Part shown: positions 39,101 to 52,295 of the stretch, one piece after another
How positions within the stretch are numbered: position 1 is the stretch's first letter
How the letters are laid out: each line of letters starts with the position of its first letter
Origin: Lama glama
Lineage: Eukaryota
Direction: 5' to 3'
Assembly: GCA_028534125.1 (NCBI GenBank)
Contig: CM052816.1
Location: 28,522,001-28,586,000, forward strand
Length of the DNA stretch: 64,000 nucleotides
Translations under genes and position numbers: made by a program
Notes under the pieces: generated by a model
Databases searched by the model: none
The model's input: only the letters and a program-made list of their open reading frames with translations
What the model was told of the DNA's origin: nothing

Positions 39101-40673
39101 GAAAACAGCATTATTAGAACTGGGTTTTAGTATGAATAACATCTGGATCCTGTGTGAGATACAGAGAGGACTAGATTGGCCAAAATTCTTTTAAAAGAAT
39201 AAAATAAGGGAGAGTGAGAGATAAATATCTTACTACCAGACTGAGAGTTGTTTTACATTACATTTCAATATCCAGATAATTTGGAATATATCAATTCAAA
39301 ATACATGTTTGTATTTTATTTCATCTGGGAAAGTAAATTTCAAGATTACAGGAGTCCCAGAACTGAAGGTAAGGTATCAATAATTACCTGAAAAACATAT
39401 GCTCAGCTTGAAACACTAACTTGAATTGCTGAATGATACAGCTGAAATTCACAATGGAATGTAAATAATTGAGAAGACAAACAAAACTTGAGCTTCATTT
39501 TTAACCAAATGAAACACTGGGGACTTCATTTTTCTAAATCAGCAAAACTTTCTTAATGCTGTTGTGTACTGATGTGTGTGTGCTGCTATTCTATTGACTT
39601 ATAATGCAAATAGTCAAAAATGAGGTCCACTTCAACAAGAAAATAGATTTCCATCAAGTACAGGAGTGGAATCGACTTATCTGTCTTGTTCTTAGTTAGT
39701 ATTTCAGAGTCCACTGACTTTTAAACAATTTTAACAATTACACCTTTCATTTTCCATGGGGAAAGGTAAATACATCATTGTTTTATTTTAGAGGCTACTT
39801 TTGAGAGACTGAGGAAAACAGGAGGCCAACCTGGTGGGTGGAAAGGCCAGGAACCTGGATTCCAACAGGACATGTTTTGGCTCCACTCTACCCCGATCAC
39901 AATGGAAATGACCTCTGCCCACAGACCTCCCTTTCTTTTACCTTTTGTCAGGGCACTTCCTTCCTCCAGTGAAATGACCTATTTGTACACCTTGTTCTTT
40001 TGGTAAATATAATACAGGACCCAGGGGACTTAGTTCACTTCTACTTTTATCGTGGCACACAGTGGTTGGTTCGTAAGAAATACTTAATTTTTCGAATTAG
40101 ACTAATAACCAAAGTCAGGATAACCTTTGAAACGTCCAACAAATCCTTGGGGTCCCCGGGTTCAATGCCTAAACTGATTACAGCTGCTGTGCCAATGAGT
40201 TCGCGAACCCTCCCTAACATTAGGCAACTACTGGACAGCCTCCAGGCAGGTGCCCAGCACTTAAGAGGTAGTTTCCATTTGAAGAACAAATAACATCATT
40301 CTAAAGCATCCATCAACCTCCATAGTTGTCTCTGTGCCGGGCAACTAATCTTTAGAGCTGGCGGTTCAACATGCCCAAATCTCATGACATTTACAAACAA
40401 CTGCAATGCCATTCTTGACAGTTATTTCATCCTTGACGCAGTTGTTTTTTTTTTTTTTAGATCTCTTTCCAGTCATGTTTCACAAAGTAAATTCCCATTT
40501 TCTCAGAACAAAAACTCACCAAGAGGTACAGCTAAAGAAAAACAAAATAAATTCTCCCCTGTGAGTTGGCCTAATCCCTGTCGTGCTTAATCCAATACCT
40601 CCAGGAGACAAATGTGACTCATGCCTTCCTACCCAGTTTGCCAGACCCTGGCAATTTTTAGAGCCCTCAGATG

Positions 40674-41186
40674 GAATGGCAGATTGTATTTTCTAAACAT
40701 GGTGATACACGCACACACGCACAAACACATCCCTTTCCGCACACTTCTATTAAAATGTGACGGTAATCCTCCAGGGAAATATGAGGCCTAATCCCTCCTC
40801 CTTCAACCCGGGTGGACCTTAGTAAATGCCTCAATCAATAATATGCAGGAGAAGGGGTGCTCGATGACTTCTGAAGCTAGGTAATAAAAAGCAAAATGAC
40901 CTCACCTTGGCTCACTGTCTAACTTGAGACACTTGCTCTTGGAATCCAGCCACTATGCTGTGAGGACTCTCAGGCTACCTGAAAAGGCCCCATGTGGGCA
41001 TATCAACCAACAGCCATAGCAGGCTCCTATCACCAGGTCTGTGACTGAACAAGACTATAGTTAATCCCAGCTTCTAACGTTCACACCTCCCAGCTGAGAC
41101 CCATAGAAACCATGAGAGATAATGGATGATCATGGTTGTTTTAAGTTTTGGAATGATTTGTTATGTAGCCAAAGATAATGAAAATA
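40674..41186 (+). mobile_element. MLT1G-like MaLR solo LTR
   Basis: Start 'tggcagattgtattttctaaacatgg'; 'gacttctgaagctagg', 'gctcttggaatccagccactatgctgtgagga'; end 'ttttggaatgatttgttatgtagc'. Confidence 0.8.
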
Positions 41187-41514
41187 GATTTGGCAGGATG
41201 CCTAGCCTTTGAGATGTCAATTTACAATGAGATTTAATCCTATCTGAGACCTCTCACACTCTTTGGCCAATTTTTTAATTGAGAGACTACCTGGAAATAA
41301 CCATATTCCCATACCAAATATTATCATTATAGAAAGAAGAAGAAAATCACTCAGAATGTACTGTCCTAAATATCTTAACTGTTGGATAAAAGACTCCAGA
41401 TTTTTTTTTAAAGCCCTCCACCATATTCCCCATCTATGTTTTTAACTATAGTTCTCCAACAGGGTTTGAAGAACATAGTTTTGTTGTCACTGTTTTATTT
41501 TTAAAAATTTCTTT

Positions 41515-41697
41515 CTTTTTTAATTGAAGTACAGTTGATTTACAATGTTTCAGGTGTACAGCAAAGTGATTCAGCTATACATATATATATATATATATAT
41601 GTACTCTTTTTCAGATTCTTTTCCATTACAGATTATTACAAGATATTGAATATAGTTCCCTGTGCTTACAGTAGGTCCTTGTTGTTTACTTATTTTT
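41515..41697 (-). mobile_element. Cetartiodactyl L1 3' tail
   Basis: 'ttaattgaagtacagttgatttacaatgtttcaggtgtacagcaaagtgattcag...atattgaatatagttccctgtgc'. Confidence 0.88.
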
Positions 41698-43619
41698 GTT
41701 TTTAATAAAACATGAGTCTTTTGGCAGAAAATGCACAACACTGTAAACTCTAGGCCTATCTACTCCTTACTGTCTCACAATGAAGTCTTTCCCACTTATT
41801 TGATTTTAATTTTATTTATATCAACACTGATTCCATCCAAATTATCTGACCAATAAAAATCATCCTCTGAAACACATTTTTGTTCACTTAGTTTTCACTC
41901 TCAGAATTCCCTCGCCACCACTTCTTAAACCTATGACCATCTCAGACCTATAGCTCACTGCCCAGTCACCCACCAACAAACACATCTACAATTCTACAAA
42001 CTCAACCTAGAACATGCCAGTTGGAAAATCTCACTCCTGTCTGCTAAATAGCATACTTCTGAAGTCAAAATAAATCCCTTTCCTTTCTGAATTATTTGCC
42101 TTTTCTTACATGCTTCAGTTTTCCCACCTATAAAATGGGGATGATAACTATACCTAGCACCTACGGTTGCTGTAAGGATTAATTAAAAATAAAAGCACCA
42201 GATAGGTCAAGGTATACTTTTTATTGTTACACCTTATATTCACATTTGTATTCAAGTTTTACTGAGCAGGTGTTTTGCCTCACTGTACTAATGTGTCCAA
42301 TCAATTATTTAATATTCATTGTATGTGATTATCTGCAATTAGAGAAGGCCGAGCCATTAAACTATTAAAATATTTATGACATTAAACATATTCAAATTCA
42401 AGGGATGGCTACAATTTAAAACACAGCCATAAAACTAAAAGAATAAAACTTCCTCTTCCAAAATTCAGTGTAGAATTGATTAATTTTGACAGAATCCGTG
42501 TAAATTTGAGAAGCCAAGTTATGATTGATGGTATAATTAGAATAAGAAACACAGTTTTAGAAAGCAGAACTTCATCTGTGAGGACAAAAGATCAGTGAAC
42601 AGTCTCTTTTCCAGGAAAGCTGCAGCCCTTTCTCTCAACTTAAAGAGGTGAAGAGGTGTAAGACAAAAAAAAAAAGTAAACTTCGGACTGAAAAAAAAAA
42701 TCAATAGATGATTCTGACAACCAGGCCAGGTTTGGGATTTACATTTGAGTAATATGATGAGAGAAGCCTAAGTAATCTGAAGGTGATAAGAAATGACATA
42801 AAATAAAAAGTTTCTGAACACAGTGCTTACTTTGTGAAAAAGAAAATCTCCATTTCAATATTCCTAATCTATAGTGATAAAACGGTTACTTGGAAAGATT
42901 AAGGAAGAATTAAAAAACAAACAAACGGGTATTGTACCTGTAGACAAGAATCTTATCAGTATTCTAAGATTCTAGGAAAAAGTAACACTGAGGAGCTTTA
43001 TCTTAAAAATCAGTGACATATAATTTATCACAAGGAAAATGACTATGTAAGAGTGAAAAGATTTACATGTTAATGGTTTCTTAAATTTATTTTCATTTGT
43101 AGCAACACTATACAAGCAGGTAGTACAATATACCATCCCCAACATAAAAATTCTGTTAAGAACCAACTATTTTAGAAGTTTCATATAAAACAGTTATTCA
43201 GACATAGGAGATTAATCTGAAATTACAAAAAAAGCTCTAAGATTTTTAGAGATACCGACGTCCACACTTATAATGTGTGTCACAGAGAACAACTAAATAT
43301 TTTCAGATAGAAACATAGTTAAGTATGTTAACTCAGAAATACTGAAGGTATAATGTTTAGTGAGGAAATAAGATAACTGAAACACATATATAATGGGACC
43401 ACAATCAAGCAAATTTATGCATAGTGTGATAACTGGGGGTAAACGTAAAAGAGGTTCTTTGAATTGCGGCTGTCAGGCTGACTTTTTTTCATATTTTGTG
43501 TTCATAATGAAAGATGTATCATTTATAATGAAATATTTAAAAATTAATTTTCTTTTTCTTCTTATCTTCTCTTCCCCCTTTCTCTCCACTTTCTCTCTTT
43601 TCTTCATTCACAAGCTGGA

Positions 43620-43855
43620 ATACCAATTAAGAGTTTGGCTTCTTATTTCACAAGAACTGGGTTTCAGTTACACCTCAGCCACTGTGAATTTATGTAAGCG
43701 GGTAACTTCTTAGGTTTCCACATCTATACAAATTAGCTTAACAATAGCATCTCCATCTGTGACTGCTGTAAACTTAAGTGAGATAATAGTAACAAAGCTC
43801 TTAGCGTGCTACCTGCCACAAGGCCATCATTCAACACATGAGAGCTGTTACCCTG
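43620..43855 (+). mobile_element. MIR SINE
   Basis: 'aactgggtttcag...gtttccacatctata...gagataatagtaacaaagctcttagcgtgctacctg'. Confidence 0.65.
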
Positions 43856-44605
43856 CATTTTCCCGCCTGTCACTCCTCCCTCTGAGTCCTTCTCCTCCCG
43901 GAAGAGAAGTTCAGGATAGTTAACAGAGGCAGAAGGCACGTTGAACATTACCTAACCAAAGCAAACATTTGTGTGTTCTTTAATGTTGCATTGACTTGTG
44001 TAAAGATTTGAGAAAGTTCCAGGAAGCAGTGATCATGAAATGGTGCTTCCCGAAAACATCAGGAAGAGGTCAGAAGTCAGCGTTGCAAAATGGTAGAAAT
44101 CCACACAACTTCAAGTTATCTTGAAAAAAAATCAGTATTCTTTCTTTGTTCCTATTTTATTTTCTCAAAACTAAACTAATGTGCTAATCAAGTTACTGTC
44201 CATGGGGAGGATGCATGTGCCAAGGTCATCCTCTAGACCTCAACAAAGCAGTTTCTCCAGCTTCTACATTTTTCAGTTTGCAGCCTTTGCTGACTGAGAT
44301 TTCATATGCTAGTGATGTCTCAATATGAAACTGTAGGGGTTTAAACAAGGACATTTGAGATGAAAATACAGAAACCTTTCCGTTTGGGTTTCTTTGTTAA
44401 AAATTCAAAGCACATCCTTGGAACACATACTGCTTCTGTCTGTACACATAACTATATATAGTTATATGTGAATCATATTAGCATGGATTCACAAGAATAT
44501 GTCATTATTCACCCATTTTGAACCATTTCCTGGAATTCATTCATGCTTAAAAAAAAAAAAAAAAGAATCTGTCAGCATAAATAAACCAAATCTTTGAAAA
44601 ATAGT

Positions 44606-44905
44606 GTCTGTTTAGTCAGAGACACATAATAAATTGGATGCATACAGAAAGAGAAATAAAGAGAGGATTATAAGGAGTTGGCTTAGGTGATTATGGAAGC
44701 CAAGAAGCCCCAAGATCTGCAGTGAGCAAGTCAGAGATACTGGAAAGCCAATAGCATAGTTGCATTGTCAGTCTGAAGGTCTGGGAACCAGGAGAGCCAA
44801 CGGTGTAGGTTCCTGTCCAAAATCTGACAGACTCAAGCCCCAAGTAAAGCCAGTGGTTCAGCTCAAGTTCAAGGTCGATGGGAAGAAAAGATAAAAATCC
44901 CAGGT
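44606..44905 (-). mobile_element. MLT2-like ERVL LTR fragment
   Basis: 'tataaggagttggcttaggtgattatggaagccaagaagccccaagatctgcag...gtctgaaggtctgggaaccaggagagcc'. Confidence 0.8.
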
Positions 44906-45152
44906 TAAATAGTCACTATTTTAAAAATTGTAATAATTTTCTGATTTTTTTCTAGGCAAAAATGTAAGAACAAAGTAGTAGCATGATTTAAGGAATTATA
45001 GCTCAATTTAGAATAATAACTGGAAAAGGGCAGCATATAAAAGTAGGCATTTTATTACCATCAGAAAAGACTTTTTATAAAAAAAAATTGAGCTTTTTCT
45101 CTTGGACAAGTCAATTCTGGACATTATATTAGTTGCAAATATTTCCCCTTCA

Positions 45153-46380
45153 TTTTTTTTAACTTTTATGAATACATTTTATTGTAGTGTACCATGCAAA
45201 CAAAAGAGGGCACAAAGTATGCAGAATTTTCACAAACTGAGCACATCTATGACATCAGTAGATAGTTCAAGAAATAGACTATGAACAGCACTCCAGAAGC
45301 TCCCCTGAACTGTCTCTCAATTACTACCTCTCCAGAAAAGTAACCATGATTCTTACTTCTAATTTCACAGGTTCATTTTACTTTTTCGAATTTTTATACA
45401 TGAAATAATCTTTTTTGTCTGACTTCTTTCATTCAGCATGATGAGCAAAATGTTATGAATTCCTAAGATTAATCCACACTGTTGCACACAATTTATTCTC
45501 TTTGCTGTGTAGTATTCCATCATATGAATACATCACACTTTATCCATTCTACTAATGATGTGCAATTATTTCTAATTTGGGGCTATTTTGAATAATCCTC
45601 CTATAGACATTATTTTACATGTCTTTTGGTAAATATGCGATCAAGTTCTTTTGCATTCATCTAGAAGTGGACTTTCCAGGCTTCAGTGTATGTATTATGC
45701 TCAGCTTTAGTAGACTCTAGATACAGTCTTCAAAGTCCTCATATCAATTCATATTTCTCCCAACAGTATTATGAGACTTCTAGTTGCTCCAAATCCTCAT
45801 GAACATTCCAGACTGTGTATTTTTTTTTTCATTTTACCTATTCTGGTGAGTGTTAAGAAATATCATAAAGTGGGTTTAATTTGCATTTCCCTTTGACTAA
45901 TGAAATTGGGTAGCTTTTCATACGTTTTTGGTCATTTAGATAAACTAGTTTGTAAAATGGCCTTTCAGGTCACTTGTACATTTTTATATGAGGTTATCTT
46001 TTTTATTATTATTATTGATTTGTTAGAATTAGTTACATATTCTGGAAACAAGTTCTCAAAACACTTCTTGTCTGTGTTTTGCTCTTTACTCTCTTTATGA
46101 AGTTTTTTGTTAAACAGTAGTTCATTTTCATTTAGTCCAATCTACTGATATCTTTCCATCATAGTTAGAGTGTTCTGTATGTTTTAAAAAGTTATCTTTG
46201 CCTACCACAAGGTCATGAAAATATTCTATTTTTTTCTAAAAGCTATAGTGTTTTATTTCACTTTTAGAGCTATAATTATTCTAATATTGATTCTGAATGA
46301 TATAAAGTAAGGTTCAAAATTCACTTATTATTTCTTGTCTATATAGTCAATCGACATGGTATTATTCACTGAAAAAAAAC
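45153..46380 (-). mobile_element. L1ME-like 3' end and ORF2 remnant
   Basis: 'gaattttcacaaactgagcaca', 'tgctgtgtagtattccat', 'gtttaatttgcatttccctttgactaatga', 'ttgcctaccacaaggtcatg'. Confidence 0.85.
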
Positions 46381-48459
46381 TTCATAGCTGCAGACATTTT
46401 AAGTACTGAAGTTAGTTTAGTTATTGCACAGAAACAAAACAGTGGATATTATATGTGTGTGTGTGTATATATAATACATATATATTGCTTTTTTAAAAGT
46501 GCATTGGGAGAAGTTCTTATAGCCTCATCATCTTCCTAATTCCACAGGAATAGGCTTCTTAGAGAATAAGGAGTTAGAGATCTTGCAGCATCTGTAATAG
46601 TAACTGGCACATTGTAGGTGCTCACTCTTTCTTGAGTGAAGTGGTTTCACATTCTTCCAATTAATAGTACTGTATTTTTCATTTATAAATAATGGTAAAA
46701 TATTGATATTCATTATTTATATCCAAGTTCCAAATAACTATGAATATCAAAGTCCTGTAACTTGAAAAGATAGAGGCAGTATTTTCCAGAAAGAACTAAG
46801 TAGAATTAAAAAAATTTAGAACTGATAAAACTAACAATTTCTTTTGTCACAACAACAACATTAACATTTGAGATTGGTCCCATTTAGGAAATGACTACGT
46901 TGGGAATTCAAGAATTTCTATTTGAAATTTCTATAGTATTCTTAAACACAGAGAAAAATTATTTCCAAATGGTCTAATTTAACTCAAAACTACTAGTTTC
47001 CAATGAGAAGTATTCCTCTCAAATTTCTCAGAAAGAGGCAGGTTGAATACTCAGTAGGGGAAAAAAGCTGGGACTTAGGGTCTATTTGTTGTGATTTAGA
47101 AGCCAGAATTAGAAAAGTAGAATAACAAAACAAACAAAAAACTTCTCTCATATCCATTTAGATAAGTGCTCTTAATTTTGTGTGACTATAGCCATTTGTG
47201 CAGAAAAGTAACTGTTTTCTATTAGCACACTTGGCGCCAGTACAACTGTAGCACCATGGAATAGACACAGAGACGGAGAGGATCATGTGTTGTACTCTGC
47301 TCTGAAGATCTTAACAGCTTTAGAGAGATGTCAGGATAGACTAAACCCAGATTTTAGAACATTTCAAGATCACCTACGTCAAATTCTGTGCCACGCTTAA
47401 GCTATGAGCTAGATTACTAAACAACTGTCTTTAAAATTCAAACAATCCTTTATGATTTTTTGAAACTAAACTTGTAATGTGAATCCTGTGTTTATGGTTA
47501 TTTGAGAAAGAAAGAAACTAGACCACATGCTTTGCAGTGTAGCTTCACAATATCTTTTGATGCATGAATTAATTAGTCTCACAGAATTTACATATTGGTA
47601 GACAGAGAGTGTAAATGATCTTACAGTCCTCTTATTTGTACTTCTCTGTGTGAAATGATTTCAGAACAAGAGTAAACTGACTGAAAATTATCTTAGCTAA
47701 CTTAATATATAAAAGAGAGAGAACCTAAAATTTTATTAAAAAATAATTTCGTGGATTTTTCTTCCCATTATTTGACTGTAAATTTAATATGAACATAAAT
47801 ATGTGTTGAAAATGAAGTAACACATTTTATCTCTTGAATCCTGTATATAGTTCTCTAAGCTTTACTGTTTTTAGTTAAAAAATCACAGAATATATTTGAA
47901 TTGAGAATGGTTTCTTCACTCCAGTGGGTTCCAAGTGTTATACTGAATTGAGTCTTTTCTGATAGTAAGTAATAAAATGTTTACTCTTATATACTATATA
48001 TAGTGTAAATATTCTTACATACACTTCAAACACTGGGCAAGTTCATACTATTTGAATTCTGCTATAAAATTTATATTTACTAATTATGAATGTGCGACAT
48101 TTTTTGTAGCAAAGGGAGCATACAAATCATCTGATTTCAGGTGTGAAAAACTGAAAGGCAAGTCATTTAACTTGGCACTCCATTTCACTGAAATTAGAAA
48201 TCCAGAAACCTTAAAGAAAAGACCAATGTAAAAGTATTACAAATCAGCAACCCTTAAACAAAAAAGGGTCAGAGGGTTAAACTAGTATGTACAACCTTCA
48301 TTGTAGAAATTATCTCAAAATTGTATGTGTATATATATATACACACACACACACATATACTTATATATTATATTTTTATTTATTTCTGGTTGTTTCTCAC
48401 AATAAGGAACAGGCACATCAGTTGTTATCTTCACTTCACTAAATGAATTAAAGGAAGAC

Positions 48460-48690
48460 AGCATTCAAACCGTGTAAGTTCTGGATTCTGCCCACCTTCC
48501 CAAGCTGACTGCACAGTTAGATGTATGACATTGGACAGGTTATTCAATCTCATTGAGCCTCAATTTCTCAACTGTAAAATGGCAACAAGAAGAATTCCTA
48601 CCTTATTTCATAGGAAAGATTCTATGTGATAGTATGTACACCATAATTAGCACGACACCTCTTTTTTGGCAGTCATATTGCGGAGGTGAT
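48460..48690 (+). mobile_element. MIR SINE
   Basis: 'tgacattggacaggttattcaatctcattgagcctcaatttctcaactgtaaaatgg'. Confidence 0.8.
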
Positions 48691-49479
48691 GTTACTACCT
48701 TTAACATCACTAGCATCAGTATCATCCAGTGAGTAGCACTGAGTTCGTCACTCCAGTGAATTCCAAGTGTGGAACTCCAGTATCCCACCTATGGCCCACT
48801 GTGCTCCTCCTCAAGTTTTACCAAGTTACTGCAAGAGAAAGCTGCAGCTTTGCCACAATGTTATCAACAGCTCAGACACAAATGTCTTCATATACAAGGC
48901 AGGAAATGCTAATAAGACAGCAGATAATGGTGTGAACTATGACCAGCTGGGAAGGAGAAGCCAAAAGGCTTTCAAACTCAATTTTTCTCCTTATGGGTTT
49001 GCAATTGTAATATATTTCTCTTACCACTTGACATAATAGTAAGAAAACATTTCCAAACAAGCACTTAAATTCAAAGTGATGCAACCTTCTGGTTATTTAT
49101 CAGTGTGAGAAGGAGACAAGCAGAAGCATATTCAATGACCAGAAACAACTCTAGTCAACATTTTTTCAGTCACAGACTTAAAGTAACAGACATTAGCTTC
49201 AGCAACTGCCCTTAAGCTGATACAAATGCCCAGGGCCCTCCATTTGCCTCTGTTCAGATGTAGAGGTCAGATGGAGAACAGCGGTGTTTCATTTTGGTAG
49301 ACAAGAGGCATACTAGAAAGTGTATTACGGTGTCATCCACGTGAGCTTTCTCTACTTGCTCTCCTCAGGTTTCATCCTGCAGCCACTCACACAGGTTGTT
49401 GTTCCTATGGCTCAAACAAAACAGCGCCTATAAGGGTCACCAATGGAGTCTAGGTTCCAAGATAATATTCAAGTGTCAG

Positions 49480-51230
49480 TCCTCACTTATGTGATCTGCA
49501 GTATGTAACCAATGCGATTATTCCCTGCTCTCTCAAATGGTTCCTCTAGGCTTCTCAGACATCATTTTCCCTTGGTACTTCTACTTCATGCCCTACTCTT
49601 TCTTGGTTTCTTTGCCTGTTCTTTCTCATTTCTATAATTGCTAATACTTGAACTTCCCTTAGGCTCAGTAATTAGATTTCTCCTCTTCTCCACCTTCTCT
49701 CCTCCCTAAATGAAACTCATCCAGTTCCATTAATTTAAATACTATCTATAAGCAGCAGCCTCTGCCCAGACCTTTCTTCTGAACTCCAGAATCATGTATC
49801 TGATAGCTTACTCAATATGTCCCATTGAGGGTCAAACAGGCAATTCAAACTTACCACATACAAAATGGAATTTCTGATTTTCCTACCCATAGTTTTCTCT
49901 GTCTCAGTAAACGACTCCTCTGTTTCTCCAATTGTTTAGCTCAAAAGTCATGGAATCATCCCTGATTCTTCTATTGCTCTCAGATGCACGTCTTACCCAT
50001 TGGCCGAACCTAAACATTTACAATTATCTATAATTTAATCACTTCATACAACCTGCACCTCTTGTACTATTGCAGGTTATATATGGCCACAAATTCTTTG
50101 TGAGTCCTCCCATCAAGAGATAGTTTAAATCCCTTCCCTGGAATTTGGGTTGGGCTCTGTGACTGCTCTGACAGATAGAGCACAACAGAAATGATGTACT
50201 TCTTTCTACATTGAGGCCTTAAGACACTGGCAGCTGCTACTTTCAGTTTCCTGGGATACTTGCTCTTGGGGTTGTAAATAGTCTGAATACTGCACTGGAA
50301 AGACCATGTGGAGAGGCCCTGAGACTGCCTAGAAGAAGAAAGCAACTCAGCTAAGCCCAGGTTGCTTGCTGTCCACTCCAAGGCACCAGACATGTGCATG
50401 AAGCTATCTTTGATCCTCCAAATAAGCTACCAGCTGAATACCTCCAAATGACTCGTTTGTTCCTCATGAAGCAGAAAAGCCCAGAAGAGAGCACTGCCCA
50501 TATCCCTGATCCACAAAATTATGACATATATTTAAAGGGTTATTGTTATAAGCCACTAGAGTTGGGGGTAATTTCTTTCCGAGTAAGACACATCCAGAAC
50601 AATCACCTTCTCCCAAGGTACCATCATCCCTCTCAGGAACGACTTTAAAGCCTTCTAACTAATCTCTGATTTCCCTGATTCCCCGCTTGAACTTTCCATC
50701 CTTTTCTCCACAAAGCAGCCAAGAGTAATCTTTTAAAAAGTATGTTACTCCTTTCTTTAAAGCCCTCCAGTGGATTCCTATCTCATAGTGGTTAATTCCT
50801 ATCTCATGAAGGGTAACGGTCAGGTCCTTACAGGCACTCTGATAGCCCTTCATGATCAGAGCCTCCTCTACTGCTGTGACTTTACATCTCATGATTCTTC
50901 CTCGTTACCCAGTCCTTCAGCCATACAGACATCACTGAAATTATCCTGAAACATACCAAGCACACTCCCACTGCTCTTCCTACTGCCTCTGCATGTACTA
51001 CCCCTCTGCCCAGAACAGATTTCCTCCCTTGTTGACCACTTGGCTCACTCCTTCACTTCCATCAACTCTCTGCCTAGATGGCATCTTCTAAGAGAAGACT
51101 TTAGTGACCATCATACATAAAATAACCCCCCAACATCCTCCTCCATCATACTCTATTATCTATTATTGTTTTATTCCTTTTATCATAAGCCATATAACAT
51201 AGCCATCCATATTACCTACCCACTTATTTA
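49480..51230 (+). mobile_element. L2 element split by an MLT1 LTR
   Basis: 'cagacctttcttctgaactccaga', 'caattcaaacttacca', and after the LTR 'ccacaaagcagccaagagtaatcttttaaaa', 'ggctcactccttcacttcc'. Confidence 0.8.
50068..50601 (+). mobile_element. MLT1H-like MaLR solo LTR
   Basis: 'atggccacaaattctttg...ctcccatcaagag', 'gaaagaccatgtggagaggccctgagac', end 'aagccactagagttgggggtaattt...ccagaaca'. Confidence 0.8.
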
Positions 51231-51665
51231 TTTTGTCTCATCATTTTTGTATAATTTTATTGCATTAACATTATTTTTAAAAGCTATACATTTCAAAAAC
51301 TTATTTGTTTTGAAATTTACAAAAATACTGTCCTGATTATAATCTTTGGGAATCCATTTTTTCATGTAACAATTTATTACTGTTTTATCCATGTTGTTGC
51401 ATATTGCAATATATATATATATGTACATATATATATATATGTATTCATTTTGCCCGTGGCATTATTTTTTAAATATATAACAAATTACTCATCTACTCTT
51501 GACTTGATTGGCATTTAGATTGGTCTCCAATTTTCTACTGTGAAGTGCAACAATGAATATTATTGTAGGTGTCTTCCACTGCCTACGTTCAGGAGTTCCC
51601 CTTGGTATAAAATACCACAGTATAACTCCTAGGTCATAGGTTATTGAATGTTATGCTTTTGATTA
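51230..51665 (-). mobile_element. L1ME-like fragment
   Basis: 'tttatccatgttgttgcat', 'ggcatttagattggtctcca', 'ctaggtcatagg'. Confidence 0.6.
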
Positions 51666-51754
51666 CTCTTTGCATCAGGCCGTGTTTCTACTGAAAACCA
51701 TCTAAACTTCCTCAGTCTCTACATTATACATCTGGCCCAAGTTATCTACCTAGC

Positions 51755-52295
51755 CAGGACATCTGGTGGTTGCCTTTTCACCATCTATGCTCCCTTTTTT
51801 CCACCAACAACTACTTAATTTTCCCTTGATAATCTTACTTCTTTCCCATTTTCAGCAGTTCATGTGGGTATGTCACAAAGCCAGCTAGAGAAATGGAACT
51901 GATTAGGGAAAGCCACCCAGTACATCCCATCCTCTTGACCCACAGTGACTGGCTCCAGAATAGCCAGATATGGCAGATGGAGCTGTTTGCTGGAGATTCT
52001 GGGAGAAAGAGTTTTACTTCTCTTCTATGGAGCTTACCAAAGGGAAGTGCTCATCTCTTGGATTTGGCAGTGAAAAATATAAGGCTTATAACCTTGAAAG
52101 CAAGCAAAGCCTGGGGTTACCAAATCAAGAGACAATAACAGAGAAACCAGATCTTGGTCACATCTTCAGGTCCTCACAAGCCATGTCTAAACTGAATTCT
52201 GTCTCTGGGATTTTAGGCTGTCATCATTCAATAATCCTTACTATTTATTTATTTTTTTATTTAAGCAGAGTTTCTATTAGTTGTCTCACAAAAGT
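51755..52295 (+). mobile_element. LTR16-like ERVL solo LTR
   Basis: 'catcccatcctcttgacccacagtgactggctccag', 'ttctgggagaaagag', end 'ttaagcagagtttctattagttgtc'. Confidence 0.6.

Noticed and set aside
44448..44465. 18-bp perfect palindrome ataactatatatagttat
   Set aside because: AT-repeat-derived; expected by chance in AT-rich DNA
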